A DNA stretch of 64,000 nucleotides, from NCBI RefSeq assembly GCF_023055435.1, contig NW_025963779.1:35712001-35776000 (forward strand), given 5' to 3'. Of this stretch, positions 1 through 14,857 are shown piece by piece. A model generated the notes under the pieces. That model saw only the letters and a program-made list of their open reading frames with translations, ran no database searches and was not told the origin of the DNA. The DNA comes from Haliotis rufescens (Eukaryota). The position numbers were made by a program, and so were the translations under genes. Numbering within the stretch: the first letter of the stretch is position 1; the number at the start of each line of letters is the position of its first letter.

Positions 1-777
1 ATAGACAAATAGGACAGTGTCGGATTCGTTCAAGGTTGCCGGGGGAACAAAAATACCAAATAATCTAAGAAATTAACCCTTAACACTTTTGTTTCTTGTA
101 AAATACATTTTACAGCGACATTTTCTATATATTGATAACTAGAGTGAGTGAGTGAGTGATAACTAGAAACATCCCAGGAAAACTTGCTGTATTGCGCTCA
201 ACGTCATGCTACGATTAACTTTTGTTTCTCACTGTAAACAGGAAATTGCAAGTCACTTGGCAACGGTTTGAGTTATGAATCGATATGACAATAAAATATC
301 TAAAAGACAATTTTCATTGTACTCTAGATGAATATTCCCCGTGGATGTGGCCGATCTTACATTTATTTTTTACGTGAAATAAATGCGTATTTCTACAAGA
401 GTATGTTTTCTGGAAACTTAGAACCCGGATACGCCCTTGATGGGTCCGGTAATGTCAGCCTGACATTCAATATGACCTGTTATTTCTAATCTAATGGGGA
501 CTTGTAGATCGAGGCGGTAACCTTTATGAGTGTGGAGATACAACATGCAACTTAGTCGGAATAGGTGTTTACTAGGAATAACTTGCTATGGCAATAACAA
601 TGAGTATATATTTATATATCAATGATTAATATTCGGTATATTTTGTTAAGCTTCCACAGCTTGGTAACCTACGTACGAACAATTAGAAACGAATAATTAT
701 TTCAGATTATCATATGTTTCCTTTTATTTCGTAAATCAGAAAGTAAAAATAAAATTGCTGGACCCGTGGAGAGACTC

Positions 778-917
778 TAGCATTACGACTACCATACCTC
801 TCCAACAGTCTTACGATGGTCGTAGCATTACGACTACCATACCTCTTCCACAGTCTTACGATGGTTGTAGCATTACGACTACCATACCTCTCCAACAGTC
901 TTACGATGGTTGTAGCA
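778..917. repeat. 45-bp tandem repeat, 3 copies
   Basis: Unit tagcattacgactaccatacctctccaacagtcttacgatggt(c/t)g. Confidence 0.9.
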
Positions 918-2083
918 CTAACAACGCTTCTCGACAAAGGCCCGTTGAGCGTGCACCACCATTACAACCGCCACTTCTAAAACATATGTCAGAGAACTGT
1001 GTTGAAACAATAAACAGTGTTGCTTTGTTTGTCCCTTCGGTTATCTTGAAGTACAACAGAAGCATGTGTTATCTCATTCAAAACACGTTCGGCCGGATTG
1101 AGATTATAGGGTTTCATGCCTGAAGCAATTAAAGTTCTGCATAGCAATGTTGCAATTCAGACACTTATGAAACCACACAATTCGTATTGGCTCAGTCTAT
1201 CCTGCTAATGTAAGATCGCTGGTAAAGGGGGTCGGAAGAATTTAATTTAATTTAATGTTACATTTGAATTTCTATCGATAACATTTAATGATGACACGGC
1301 AGTATATCAGCATATGAACAATATACCACTATTGCTCAGTTGGATAATGAAAATAGTGTTAAAACACTACTCTTACATTCGCCATCCCTGTGTTGCACTA
1401 ATTTGACATTTCAACTGACATTATCCCGGATAAGAGCGCTTGTAATTTCCTAGGATTAGATCTAAATATCCTCGCACTAATATCTGTATAATCCTCCCAT
1501 AATTATTTCATATTTACAAATGACATTGCATCCTCTTTGCATCCAAGAATGCGATTTGACAAATATTTATTCACATTTTGAAACCGAAAATCTTTTTAAC
1601 TGATGTACGATGTATTATTTCCCTAAACAGAATACACTATTTTGAATCAAACGTGTTTTCGTCACGTCTATATAATTTAACATTAGTCCGTGTGTAGCAA
1701 ACAGGTGAAAATACTTCCTGGTGTAACGTAACCAAATCTCGGATTAGAACCTGATAAAGGGTTCCCCGTTGAGCTCGCAATCATCTGACACACGGTTTTG
1801 TCACGTACACTTGTGAGTTCATCCTCCCCATCCCCATCGAGACGAAAAGGCCCACGCAGCCGACTTGAAGTTGAACGATCAAGGTCGTCTATTGAATAAC
1901 ATGTCTTTGGGAGTCCAAGACATGAAGTCTAATGTGGTATAGCTATTTGCGTATCAGTTTTTGACATCGGGCCTCATCGTCTAGTTTGTACCAAATATGT
2001 AAATATGAGGGCACGTATCCGAATAATGGTTTCATGATTAGTGTTGATTGAATGTATAATGACAATAATGGGTAAATAATCAA

Positions 2084-2327
2084 GTTTGTTTGTTTGTTGT
2101 TTAACGCCGCACTCGGCAATATTAAAGCTATATGACGGCGGTATATGGACAATCTAGTAATTGATATCATGAGCACCAATCCACGGGTGCTCCATTGGGA
2201 TCGATGACAAGCATCAACAGCGAGCCTGACCACCCGATCCCGTTAGTCGCGTCTTACGACAAGCATAGTCGCCTTTTACGGCAAACATGGGTTGTTGAAG
2301 ACCTATTCTACCCCGGATCCTCGCGGG
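2084..2327 (-). mobile_element. SINE-like family B
   Basis: Reverse complement of the family B consensus with a (caaa)n tail. Confidence 0.85.
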
Positions 2328-4673
2328 TGAAATGTATATAGTCTATAGCACAGCTGGAGCTGATCATTCGAATTATAGCTTGGTAGCTTAACCAGATATA
2401 GTGGTCCGACCAAACGTTCACACAAAGTGTATCCTTTCAACTGTTCACGATATCAGAGGTATTTTAACACGTAGCTTGATAAAGTAATTCACCTTTGGAG
2501 TGTTACTTAAATCTTGTAATGTGAATTCGATTTGGGAATCTTTGTGTCTCTATTAAACATTGATGTATACTTGTCTAGAACCAACACACAACATCGTCTT
2601 TCATTTGCCATAAATGACCATTTAGTTACTATTTTCTCATAACAAAATCCGTTTGTCACGATGAACAAACATGTCTACCCGTGTTAAGAACTGGCTCTGT
2701 AAGCAAATATATCTAAGCAAAAGTATAATTCAACATACGCCTTTACACGTTTCGATAAATCAAACATACATCTGGTTTTGATAACAATTTACACTCTAAC
2801 CAGATAAGATACTGGTTCCGTGCTCTCATTGAGAACATTCCAGGAATATTTACTGCCAAAGTTTAAACAGTCTCGCTGTACAGCAAGGTAAGCAAAGATA
2901 TCCAGTCACCTCAACGTTAGTTAACAATGGTCGTGTTTGGGTAGGGGTGTGATTTGAGGTAGGTGGACAATTATGGTATAAAGGTGACTGGTAAATACCA
3001 CTGGGGGGTTCCGCGACTGAAAGGAGAATAATTTGAAAAATGATACCCTCGGAACAAGGATATAGGTTCTGGGGTTTCGGGGGATTTTTGGAATAGCTGA
3101 TTCATGTTTCCTAATTCCGATAAGGATGCAGTTTTTATTCAATCTCGGAAAGCTGAATTTAACGAAATGTATGGGCTATAATCGTCCGGTATACTGTGAA
3201 ATAGTTATTCAAGTGTTTGTCCAAGTGATATCGAGTTGGAAACAAGCCAATCCGTAAAAGGTTACATACCGTTTAATGAATCGAAATCATCAGTTATTGA
3301 AAATAATATTAAGACTTTAGATACACTTAGATAAGTCCCTCTTATAAAGTGTGTTTTTTACTTCTCCTAAAACACATCTTGATTTATTTCGTTATCATCT
3401 AGTACATATATGCAAGGTTCGTGTGATCACTAATCACGCTATACTTGAGTTTATTTACAAATGTAAAGAAAACGTAATCAAATGTAAGGTTGAAACATCA
3501 TGAATGTAAAGTGCGTGTTGGTGAAGGTGAACAATCGATAAATTTTCAATCTCGATGTAAGACATCTCATCAATATTTGATTCTCTAACAAACATACAGA
3601 CATATTATAATCACAGCCTTTGTCCATGGCCATTAACAAACAAGTACAACTTCATAAGCCGCAGAAAGATGCTATTCATCTCATCATACACAGTATAACG
3701 ATTATGGAGTGATATTGAAAGTAAGCACGTCTAGTGTATGTGAACAGAGCGCGTTGGGTTCACTTCGATGGTCACAAGAAACAAACGCTACTCGTAGAGA
3801 TAAGAAAACAGCACGACGTACGTAACTTTAGATTAGCGAAAGCTTCGGTGGGTGTGAGGCACAAGCACCGGTTGTGGCTAGTGTTTCGACCACGTTAACG
3901 TGGTGAGGCGCTGTATTTAGCAGCTGTATACGAGTGTCTTTCCTTCTATCACGTTCCATTAAACTTGACTTATGTTAATTTGGGGTGCATTTAACGTCGA
4001 CTTGACAACTCCACACAGCTAGATCCATTCAGAGTTAATGACTGTACGCGCCGTAACCTTTTGATTATTTTTCCATATGGATATTAACTGATTGTATTGA
4101 TTCAACGTTTTTTTTCATAACGAAATGAAAGTGGGGCTATAAATACTACAGATTTAATACCTGATCGCAAGTATACGTCAATGATCTAAACACATTACAC
4201 ATGACTATATCAGTGACCAGGTCTGAGATCGTGTGGAATGTCACACGGTGTTAGAAAGTTGGTCGATAAGTCTTCATGGGTATTTAACCTTGTGGTATAT
4301 GTTTCTATAAATACAATGTCCCTAGCGGCATTTAAAGAAGAATGACAAATAAAATGTTCACCTTCAACGTATTTTGGGGGGGATATGTTTCTGTATGAAT
4401 CATGTTATATTTGTTTCACATTCATATTTGGGAATTTACGGTTACATGATTTAGATGTGAGATACCACACCATAATACTCATAAATTGAAAACTAATAAA
4501 TACACATTGCGTTAGAGTCCGTTGTATATAAATACAAGTGTATTATCTGTGTCATTATGTAAACACAGATGGACAACATGTGGAAAATATAACGTGAATT
4601 AGTCATATGGGCAGTGATGCAATGGAGCATTTAGTGAGTTGCATATGCGTGCCTAGCACACTGATGTACTTAC

Positions 4674-5024
4674 CAGTTCCGTCCGTAACCATGACAACGC
4701 ATTGTCTATCCTATTTTTTCTCTCTTTCCATGGAAGCTCGCTACTTAGTGTGGAGTTGCTCCCACACGCATTGGCAGCCCTCTTCTTTCGCTCTATCTCC
4801 TCCCATGTTTCGTCCTTGTACACGATAGGGACTGTGTACCCCTGACACATGTCGACGGGGGTGAGGGGTCTGGCTCGAGGGGGGGTCAGGTTGTCCAGGC
4901 TTGAAAACGAGCCGAAATCGTCCGTATCCAGTGCTGATAACGTTCGATTGGCGATGTACATACTGGAAAGTAAAGAAGAGAGGTCCCAGTCAGAGTCGAA
5001 AAGGGAAGAAAATAACGTCGTCAT
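4674..5024 (-). CDS. First coding exon of a FAM167-family protein (117 codons; downstream exon not found in window)
   Basis: ATG at 5024. The translation ends ...RIDNALSWLRTEL, resembling the FAM167 motif IDEALEWLRKEL, then a phase-0 GTAAGT donor at 4673-4672. The expected next exon (EMRxQD..L) was not seen in 1-4670. Confidence 0.75.
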
Positions 5025-8000
5025 CTTGACGCTAAACCAGTCCAGTGTTTAACACACGTATGCCACGTTTCCTTTTTGTGTATTGAGGAAATATTCACAT
5101 TCCAATCAACTCTTTTCGCGCAGCATACATCTCTTCCTTCTACGCATAGATATAAGCCACTGTTTCGTCGGACTGCGAAATATCCAGATCACACGAGAGG
5201 TCTTATAATAATCCTGTCTCGAAAACCATTAATCCCAGGTTAATCCAGTTAATCCTATCCAGCGTTCTGAGTCCCTCCTGTCTGTCCCCCGTACAGCCGG
5301 CTACTGCACAGACCACGCGCACATTCTCCCCGCATCTCTCACCTTTCCAGTGTAGATAATGTGCCAAGCTTGGGTTATTTTAGGAGATGGGAGCACTGCA
5401 GTCTTGGCAATAATTAACTTTTGCCTTTTTGCGTACATGTCTATAAACTGTCTAAAGCAAGATGAGGAGATTTAATATTGCATGCGATACATCATGACTA
5501 GATTATTGATAAACATACTCAAAATGATTGATGCCGATTGATTCACATGCTGTTACATGTCTGTTAATACGACCATATTAATCTATTTCTAAACAAATAG
5601 GATATTTTTCAAAACAATACATCTTTTTAAGTCAGTACTGCTTAGCTATGCATTATTTTCCATTTTTCAAAATATTATGTTGTCGTTTTGTCATTTATTT
5701 TCTATGTTGTTTCACGCTGCCCTCAGCACTATGGTGGAAGTGTAAATAATCGAGTCTGGACCAGACAATCCAATGACTGACGTCATGAGCATCGATCCAC
5801 GCAATAGGGAAACGATGACATGCTATCAACTTTTCATTTATAATGTGATGCGCTTCTTGTAGGTTCGGGAGTTTTTCACTTTATTAGTCACCTCATACTC
5901 TCATTATTCATCGAATTCCCGAAACCTAATGGCCACAAATGTCATGCAATGTACCTGACATTTGACGTGGACAAATTATGAGTCATCTACAATGTAATTG
6001 CAGGTGAGATGTTATTACCTGGCCGGCTTTATGTGGAATACCGCACATAGCTATCCATCAACGATGGCGCAAATACCACGTTAAGAAAATATATTTCACT
6101 CACACTGACATTAATTTCACTTGCAAGCGGGAAGAGGTAGCTATTCACTTTCCTGAATAGTAACGCACTTCTGCCTTCCCTCACTGCGTACTTTTACTAA
6201 GCGTCCACCTGAACTGGAGAATGATTAACTGATAACAAAAATCTATGAAATGTTAGCCGGATGTCCTGTCCTTAATTTAAAGCCGACATTTGTATAGCCA
6301 CGCGGGATAATAGTTCATGCATCTGGTGCATTGTTTCTGTTCACGGGAAACGAAAGTGCACATTTCAGCGGTCTGTGGTCACGCTACCTTCTGTCATATT
6401 TTGATGTACTTCCGGGTTCTTTGCAACAAATGTGGAGATAAACTGTTCCCAAGAGGCTGTGAATTATCAGTTCTTATCTGCATCATAAATATCATATTAA
6501 TCTCAACGGGGATAGTGAGCATAGGAACTGAAATAGCCCATCCACACGGCCTGCTATCTTTACTGTTTGATATTTTGGTATAGACCTACTGCTCAGCTTG
6601 ATTTGATACAATGTACTCTACACATACACTGTAGTTGTGTTGGATAGTGTTCAGTCAGACAGATTCACTGCTTATCCAGTGACATTCCAAATAATTCTGC
6701 AATATATTCAACTAGTTAATAATATATAGCCCATTAACATAACCACGAGTTAATCAAGGTAGGAATTAGCGACAATATATATGATATACTGATCAACCAA
6801 GATCTGGTAGAACAAATATTACTTCTACATTCCGCCTAGAAATCGATACTACCTACATGCTAATGTAAAGAAACCATTTTCTATGTAGGGTAAATAGCAA
6901 CTTAGTGTACATTCGCGGTGAGTAAATATAAGTTTGTTCACCATGTGGGACCAATTTAACCTACACTGCCATATCAATAGCTGACCAACACTTGCAAAAC
7001 CAAATCGATATCTGGCATTTGTTGAAGCTGTTGTGACAGCAGTTGGTTTATCTGCTGGGAGAGCTAAGGTGATGGGTACGACATGTGAATGTGACTAGTA
7101 TTCTTTCAGCACCATTTATAACAATTATTATAACAATAAAATATATTTGACTTTATATTGTCGTCTAAATGCCAGTGACATAAGCACCACAGTATGTGAG
7201 GTGCGTGTTCGACTGTGATTATAATCATGACGGTCATCATCACAACAATAACCGTCATCATCGTTATCACAAAAAATAGTGCCACTATCACAAGCCTTGG
7301 TACTGGAAAGATTAGTATAATCACGACACAAGTATTGTCATAACATACATCGTCATCACAAGTATTATCATTGCCAAAGTCAGTATAACAAACATTACCA
7401 AAGTTGGAAGTCACAACAAATATCACTTTCAATTTCAATCACATTGTCACTTACTGAAAATACCCAATGACGACGACAGGGATGCAAATGTTATGGGTTG
7501 AAGATCGGTTATCATTACTGACATCGTCCACCTATGATAAACCAGTTCCATTATAATAGATAACTATAATAATCTTGTCACAGACGTCATCGTAATGTCC
7601 GCTGTCGTCATCGCTTTTACCTTATACACTATCATAATAATCATCTCCTTTTACGACAATCGTTATAGTCGTAATGATAATCTTCAAACATACTGTGAAG
7701 GTAACGACATGACTGAGGAAATATTGTATGACGTTCTGATGAGGCGCTAATACAATACTCATTTTTCAAAAACTTCGAGCCCTATATGTTATTCGTAATC
7801 ATCTGTGTGCAAAGGACGTGTCCTAATATATCTAAATTATCTGCTCAACATGGGCACATCAGTTATAGCGTCACGACGGCTCCTGTTCTCTTACCTGTGA
7901 TCTGCTCGTAACCGCAAATGGTGACGTGAAGATTTATAAAGCTACAGATTAAGTCTACACATCTTCATTAGAATATATACATGTCACGAGATCCGATGAC

Positions 8001-8984
8001 AATCTCATCTCAATCGCATTATTGTGGACGAAAATACTTTCAGAAATGTTTCTAAACAGGGAATAAAAAGACATTTCATCGCATACTAACTATACAACAC
8101 ATGCTGAAATGAAAATAGGATTGTGCATTTCTGAAATCGGAAGTGTTTCAAAACATTCTCCACTCACGTTGCTCCAAAAGGTCTAAACATCAACGTCGAA
8201 CAATGAGCGACACCTGACTGTAGCATTGTAATCAGTTCCGCTGTGACTTTAACAAAGGTGACAAACTCCAGACCAGCTATCTGAGGAATGTAAGTTTTGT
8301 ATAAACTGTCCTTTACTCACCTCGTTTTAAAAAACAACATCGCAGATTGTAAGTTCTCAAACGGCTTTATCACAACAGGCCTGAGTGACTGCAGTTAACA
8401 CTATGCCTGCCTGGCCTAGTGGTGGCGTAGGTAATTCGTTGGAATATGTAATGACCTCTCGTATGGCCAGTTGTTACACAATGGCGTCACAGATGACTGG
8501 TTGCCTGACCAGAGGTGTTAAATGCTTCAGTTACCACTGACCGCGAGCTTGTCTCTTTACGGTCACTTGCTTTCCGATGTTAATTGGATGAAGGCGTCGA
8601 CCTATGGTGCGGTGTGAACAGTAGGTGATTAGCGGAGGGGAGGTTGCTTGATTGCTGCGACGTAACTGTTGTATACAATTCATTGACTGACACAGACGTT
8701 TCAGGTAACAGACGACAGTGACAGACGACAGTGACCGTCAACGCTCACATGTCGTCTGCTTGTTTTGTCTACCCCAAGCACGCGTGTCGTCTGCTCGGAC
8801 TGCCACACGTCTGGTGACCGTATTTGATTGAATTATGAAGTACAAAAATAATGATCAAGCCTTTTCTACATATGCCTCGCATTGGTTAATTAATGTTAAT
8901 TAATGTACCATATTCTTGCAGATTATATAATAGAATCTATTTCGCTATTTTTATTTATTTAACTTCCACAAATGTTTTGTTTTT

Positions 8985-9240
8985 ATTTGTTGTTTAACGC
9001 CGGACCCAGCACTATTCCAGTTCTATGACGGCGGTCTGTAAACAATCGAGTCTGGACATGACAATCCAGTGATTGACATCGTAAGCATCGATCCACGCAG
9101 TTGGGATACGATGACATGCATCAACCAAGTAAGCGAGTCTGACCACCAGATCCCGTTAGTCGCTTTTACGACAAGAATAGTCGCCTTTTACGGCAAGCAT
9201 GGGTTGCTGAAGACCTATTCTTCCCCGAGACTTCAAGGGT
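8985..9240 (-). mobile_element. SINE-like family B
   Basis: Full-length copy. A partial copy also lies at ~5715-5830. Confidence 0.85.
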
Positions 9241-11224
9241 CACATACACAAATAATGAATACGAACTATGTGATTTTACTAAAGGTTAATGATATTGATG
9301 CAATGGTTGTAGGCCGAAATCATGTGATAGACTGCTTTCAAACATTATATTACTCACGGTGGTCAACAATGATAATAATTAGTCAAAACTAGTGCAGGAA
9401 AGTAAACAATATCGTTGGGTCAGATTTATCATATATGTTTATAAGCTAGTGCTAAATATATTATATTTCCAAATGCGTGTCATGTATTTTTGGTGAACCC
9501 TAACGGCAGACAGTTGATCGAACCTTTCCATTTAACCAAACAGGCGTAATTTCACTGCGCAAACAATGTTGTCTAAAGAAAGAGAAACAGCAATGTACTT
9601 AATGAACTATTTGGCTTTAACATTATTTGATTATTTTTATCCCATTTTTATTCATTTAATCTTCTCAAACACCAAGCCAACACTTTTAGTTTCAACCGAA
9701 TTTGGTAATCCTTACATCGCATCCGGAACACACAAAAATAACCAATTCTAACCAAAGAAGCAGACAGACACAGCGGATTGACAGTGAAAACTGAATTAAC
9801 GCAGGACGATTGTTGCAAGAGCTGATAGCAAATCGGTGTATCTGGGGGCGGCGGTATGTGAGAAATCCTGCACATCCGTGTCTGTAAGGACATGGGGACT
9901 CGTGGATGTCATCTGCACAGCACTTACAATAATTAGTGTGTCTGGGAAGACCCGCCGGCAGAATCGTTGAAGAGATTACAAGCCTTAAGGAGAAAAGAAA
10001 TAGGCTCCGTTTTCATCTCCAATCCCCTGACCAACGAATTTAAAACGTAGACAACAAAAATATTGCACAGTTGGTCGTATATAAACAAAGGCAAGCCATA
10101 TTCCACGTGCTATATTATAACGGGATGTAGAATACACTCACAAACCAAACTAAGATATGTCCGTTCTTAGGATGGGTTACAGCTGAAAGTGCCCCGACAG
10201 TGCAGTAATGCACAAGAGCAGGTTAATGGTCCCACATCCTCGTGATAAAGGTGTTGGAAGAACCAGGCAACACAGGAACAATATGTAAAGCGAATTCATG
10301 GTGTTATCGCCCGTCGAATAGCAAGGATATTGGTAAAAGCGCACTCGTTCACCTACCCAACAGATTTGAACATAGAACATCTGAAAAAGACCATGTTTAG
10401 TCATGGTAATGCTGATATAAGACCTCCACATATCCATTTTTAATGAAGCACCGACTTCCTTGACTATGAGACAAGCCTGCGATTGTGTGTAAGCTACGTA
10501 GGACGTTACAGGAGGCGCCTCTGAGATTCATCCAGGAACACGTTTCCCCCCGCAGAGTGCCTCCCCTCATCACCTGTCAGTATCTCCCATACACAGCATC
10601 AGTCACCAGAAGCTGGGGATTACGGATTATTAGATTAGAGTGTGATTAGTGTTTACAATCAATCACGAGAACCAAGAGACTTGAAATTACGCTTCCAGGA
10701 TGCGAAGTGATAAAAATAAGAGTTGACACTCTCGACATCAAATTTACACGAGGCCGAGTATTACATTTTAAACACATTTAGTGTCCTTTTAGTTGAATTC
10801 AAGGAACTATCTTGGGATATATTGACAAAGTATTGAGAAAAAAACTGAAAAGAAAAAACATATTGTAAATTATTGTTTGTACAGAATAAAGAGTGAATGT
10901 ATTATATGCCGCATCAAGACATGTACAAGCTATTTCACAGAGGCCTGTTACAATCGAGATTTGACCAGGCAACTGACTGACAGCATGAGCAACGACCTGC
11001 CCAGTTGATGCACATTGACCCACATTCAGCCAGATCATACAGAGGCACATTGACACACATGTCATACAGACCCTGAAACAAAACATATCCACTACCGCCC
11101 ATGCAAGTCTGTAAAAGTCGACAACTCTCGATTACTGCAGTTTCTCTTTAGTACATCTTATTAAGATAATATAACAACCGTTTTGGTCAAATATTTTCAT
11201 TTCAGAGACGAATACAATAAGGAT

Positions 11225-11229
11225 TGTGT

Positions 11230-11282
<53 letters not shown>
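11225..11282. repeat. (TG)n followed by a poly-G tract
   Basis: Direct reading. Confidence 0.9.
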
Positions 11283-14200
11283 CTTACTTTACCTAGGAAT
11301 TACAATGGGTGGAGTTTTCAGAAGACAATAGTTATAAGCTTTCAACTAAAACATTATCTCATTAAGTTTTAAATGTTTTTAACCCTTGACACGAAAACGT
11401 AAGTTGTTTCCAAAATGTCTTATCGACATAGCGTCAGCAGTACAAACGTTTGACGTCATTGTTTCAAGGAACAACAGTTCGCTATCGGAAAACCAGTAGA
11501 GATTCTGTACTTATCTAAATGAAACTCTCTTGATACGCTTCACGGAAACTTGTTATCGGAAGGAGCTCTTATCCAGGCTAGTTAGAGACCCAGTTAAACA
11601 TATTTAATAAACTCGAGGCAAATGTATCAATAATGTACAAAAACTGACAGGATTTTACCATTCATTTTCACACCATAAAACATTCCCTATCACTTCTACA
11701 TGTATGAATTTGAATTAAGAAATGACATTCAGTTGTGTCAGTACATCTAAAGTATGAACCTTCACAGAGCGAGGGTCAAATTGTATGAACGGCGGTCGGT
11801 TATAACCACTTAAGTGTCAGTCAATGTTACGGCGCGTCGTAATACATTTACATCGAGTGCAGGACGTCAAAATGGCCGAGACGATAATCGCGACGGGAGA
11901 GATTTCCGAAGTTGTTAATGAACCTGTCACATGTGACGATTGCTAATGTAAGTCATCATTGACCAATTGGCAAATCATTGAAAGGTGATTATAAAGGCGC
12001 GTCAAACAGATTCTGAGGTAAAGTCATAGATTGCTGTAGAGTGTCACTGTCAGTCTAGGCAAGGATCGAGTCGATAGTTTGGATGTGCATTTCTTCGTGT
12101 CGTTCACTGGGATGAGTCGTAGCGAGGGTACGTGTACACGGTCATGCAGTCACACTCTCTTACGTTTCACATTGAGGGTATGCTAATGCGGGTATTTGTG
12201 GGTCTAAATGATCAGAAACAACGCTTCTGTATTTATTAGTGCTAAGGAATTCACAGGGTTTGCCCAAGAATGTGGAAGCGGTTCGTCAGTGGTCACGTCA
12301 TTTCAAGAATACAGTCTTGCCAAAATGTGCGGTTCATACGCTTTTGAACTTCAGTTTCGCGTTCATGTGACCGATTTCTGGTCCAATGGAAAATACGTCA
12401 CATTAAGAAATTATACGATAATCACAAAGTATCGCGATTCATCGATTTTCAATGAATCGCTACATTCCTAGCAATGTACTTATATCCTGTGGCGGCAACA
12501 TTAAAGATTCGTTTAGCTGAGTTGCAGTAAGAAATCCCTTCCTTATCCACTGTCTAGCCCTTCATGCAAAAGTGTGTTTCTATGGTGTTGATATTCCCAA
12601 TGATAAATGGCTGTAGGTGCTTACAGCGGGCTACATACTTTCCAGAACTGTGTATGTGCTGATGGATTTCACGGCATTTCCACCCCATGGGTCCACTAGG
12701 ATGAATATATTCAAGACGAAACTGACACATCCCTTATTTGGCGGGTCAGACATATGCGATCATGGAGATAGGCGTCTCTAGAGACAGATGACCATTTCGC
12801 TGGTTAATTTCAGTGGATCTGAAATAAACATTTATATACGGAGTTTCACGACTGTACTCTCCCAGGGAATCTTACTCGGTGACCGACATAGGACGTTATG
12901 CTGTTTATCTTAAATAAATATTAAACTACATCGATTGTAATCTCTTCCAAAACATTTCTGACGCCGTTTGTTGATTTCAACTTGGTAGCCTGGTAATTGA
13001 CATTTGATGAGAGGTGTTAATTTTATCGCATGATGTGTCTATTATGATCACCCCAGGGCTGCACTGTTGACCGGTTTCACGACCCTCATGTTCTGACTGT
13101 CAAGTTAAGCTATCGTGAACCTATGACACATTGCCCTATAGTTCTGCCGTGTTCATTTGTTCGCAAAAAAACCATAATAAACTAACCTGTTGAATAACCT
13201 GAACGCAATATTTTTAGTTTAGATACATATATACACCAGATTAAAAATAAAACAAAACAACTTAATAATTCTATGGAGGTGTTAAATGCAAGCCATGTAG
13301 CTTAACATGTGACAACCAGTTACACACAATATTAGTCAAACAGGTGTCGATTTCATACTTGAGACTTCCATGTAATATACATCGCTGTTTTTATTGTCAA
13401 TAACGAACTCATATTATTATTTACAACATATGTATTGATCTGTCCGAATGTCCTGCTGGTGTGGGCCGTATCTCTTGTGGTCAGCCTACTTCCTTTACTA
13501 CGCCCGTATATAGCCGCAGCAATCAATATCAGGTATCAATCAAACCGCCTTGTCCATTTCACCGGGTAACTACACGTAACTGACGTGACGACGCTCGCGA
13601 TGACAGCAATTTACAACTCAATTACGACATCATTTGCGTGTTAACCAGAGTGTCAACAATTTACATCACCATTTACATTTTCGTTACTACGCTTAGACAA
13701 CTCACCTGTTAATATCACCTGTATTTTTTGTTACAGGTGCGGTTTTGCCGCTGCATGGCGCTGGTATCGATTCAAAATCAGGGTTGTGACGTTGACATTT
13801 GTGATGAGGAATCTTGGGAAATGGGGAACTGGCCGGGACCGGAAGATACTGTCTGGAAAATTGATGAGAATATCGAATACAGACATCATGGTTTAATGGG
13901 AGTCTGATGTGTTATATAATGTGTCAATACGCGTACATAAAGCAAGAATGAATGTACAAAAAAATCTATAGTTCGATGAACCATAGACACCAAAATATCA
14001 GAAAAACATGCGCACACGAACGCCTTGACTTACATCAATGAAAATATTTCAAGATATATTTTGTTTTAATTGTCTTTTGATAAATAATCGAAAGGAGCCC
14101 AGAGAATCCGTTCATTTTCAAACTGAAGAAATCTAGAAATGCCAAAGCCAAATTTGGGAGGTTTTGCTTCAGACTGAAAACGCTCAAATTTCTACGGTGT

Positions 14201-14826
14201 TGAACGAAACATGTCCAAATAGGATGCACGATTTTTGACACCAATACATGTAAATTGAAAGTGAACATGCTATTGAGTTTCTTATAGTTTTTATAAAATT
14301 AGGACGTCATATTTAACATCTGCCAGATATTGTACATCTGTATCTGTGATCACTGGGTGTTTTTAGGTGCAGAACTCCATTGAATAATGGAAGAAGCAAC
14401 ATTGGAATTACATGGTGAAATAACCCCCTTAATTGATTAATGTTATCAAGAAAATACAATTATTCTTGCAGGTTGTCTTTTGTTTACATACATCTAAACT
14501 GGTCCGATTGCTTGATCAGATAGTAAAAGAAATTTTCGAAGAAGGCTGATTTGTCTATAACGTTAAATGTTGAAAAATTCGATTACAGCAAACAGGATTT
14601 CTTACGTTTAACTACACAATTACATTTTCGTGAATAAACTCCAAAGGATACTCCTCGATTAAACAAGGAAGAGAATGATATTAGCTTCAAGCTTGCCATT
14701 GCATCACCGACGGTAATTTCATTATTAATGGAAAGCGATGAAGAAGATCTTAATCAATCTGAACGACATTACAAGAACATGTGCATTTTATGGTTACTGT
14801 TCCAAGGAGATCTATTTAGGACATAT

Positions 14827-14857
<31 letters not shown>

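Noticed and set aside
7106-7700. ORFs rich in D/N/V/M
   Set aside because: Decayed (CAT/AAT)n microsatellite with no coding signature.
9069-9392. Recurrent short ORFs (MIDIVSID..., MLMMSITGLSGPD...)
   Set aside because: Translations of SINE family B copies, not genes.
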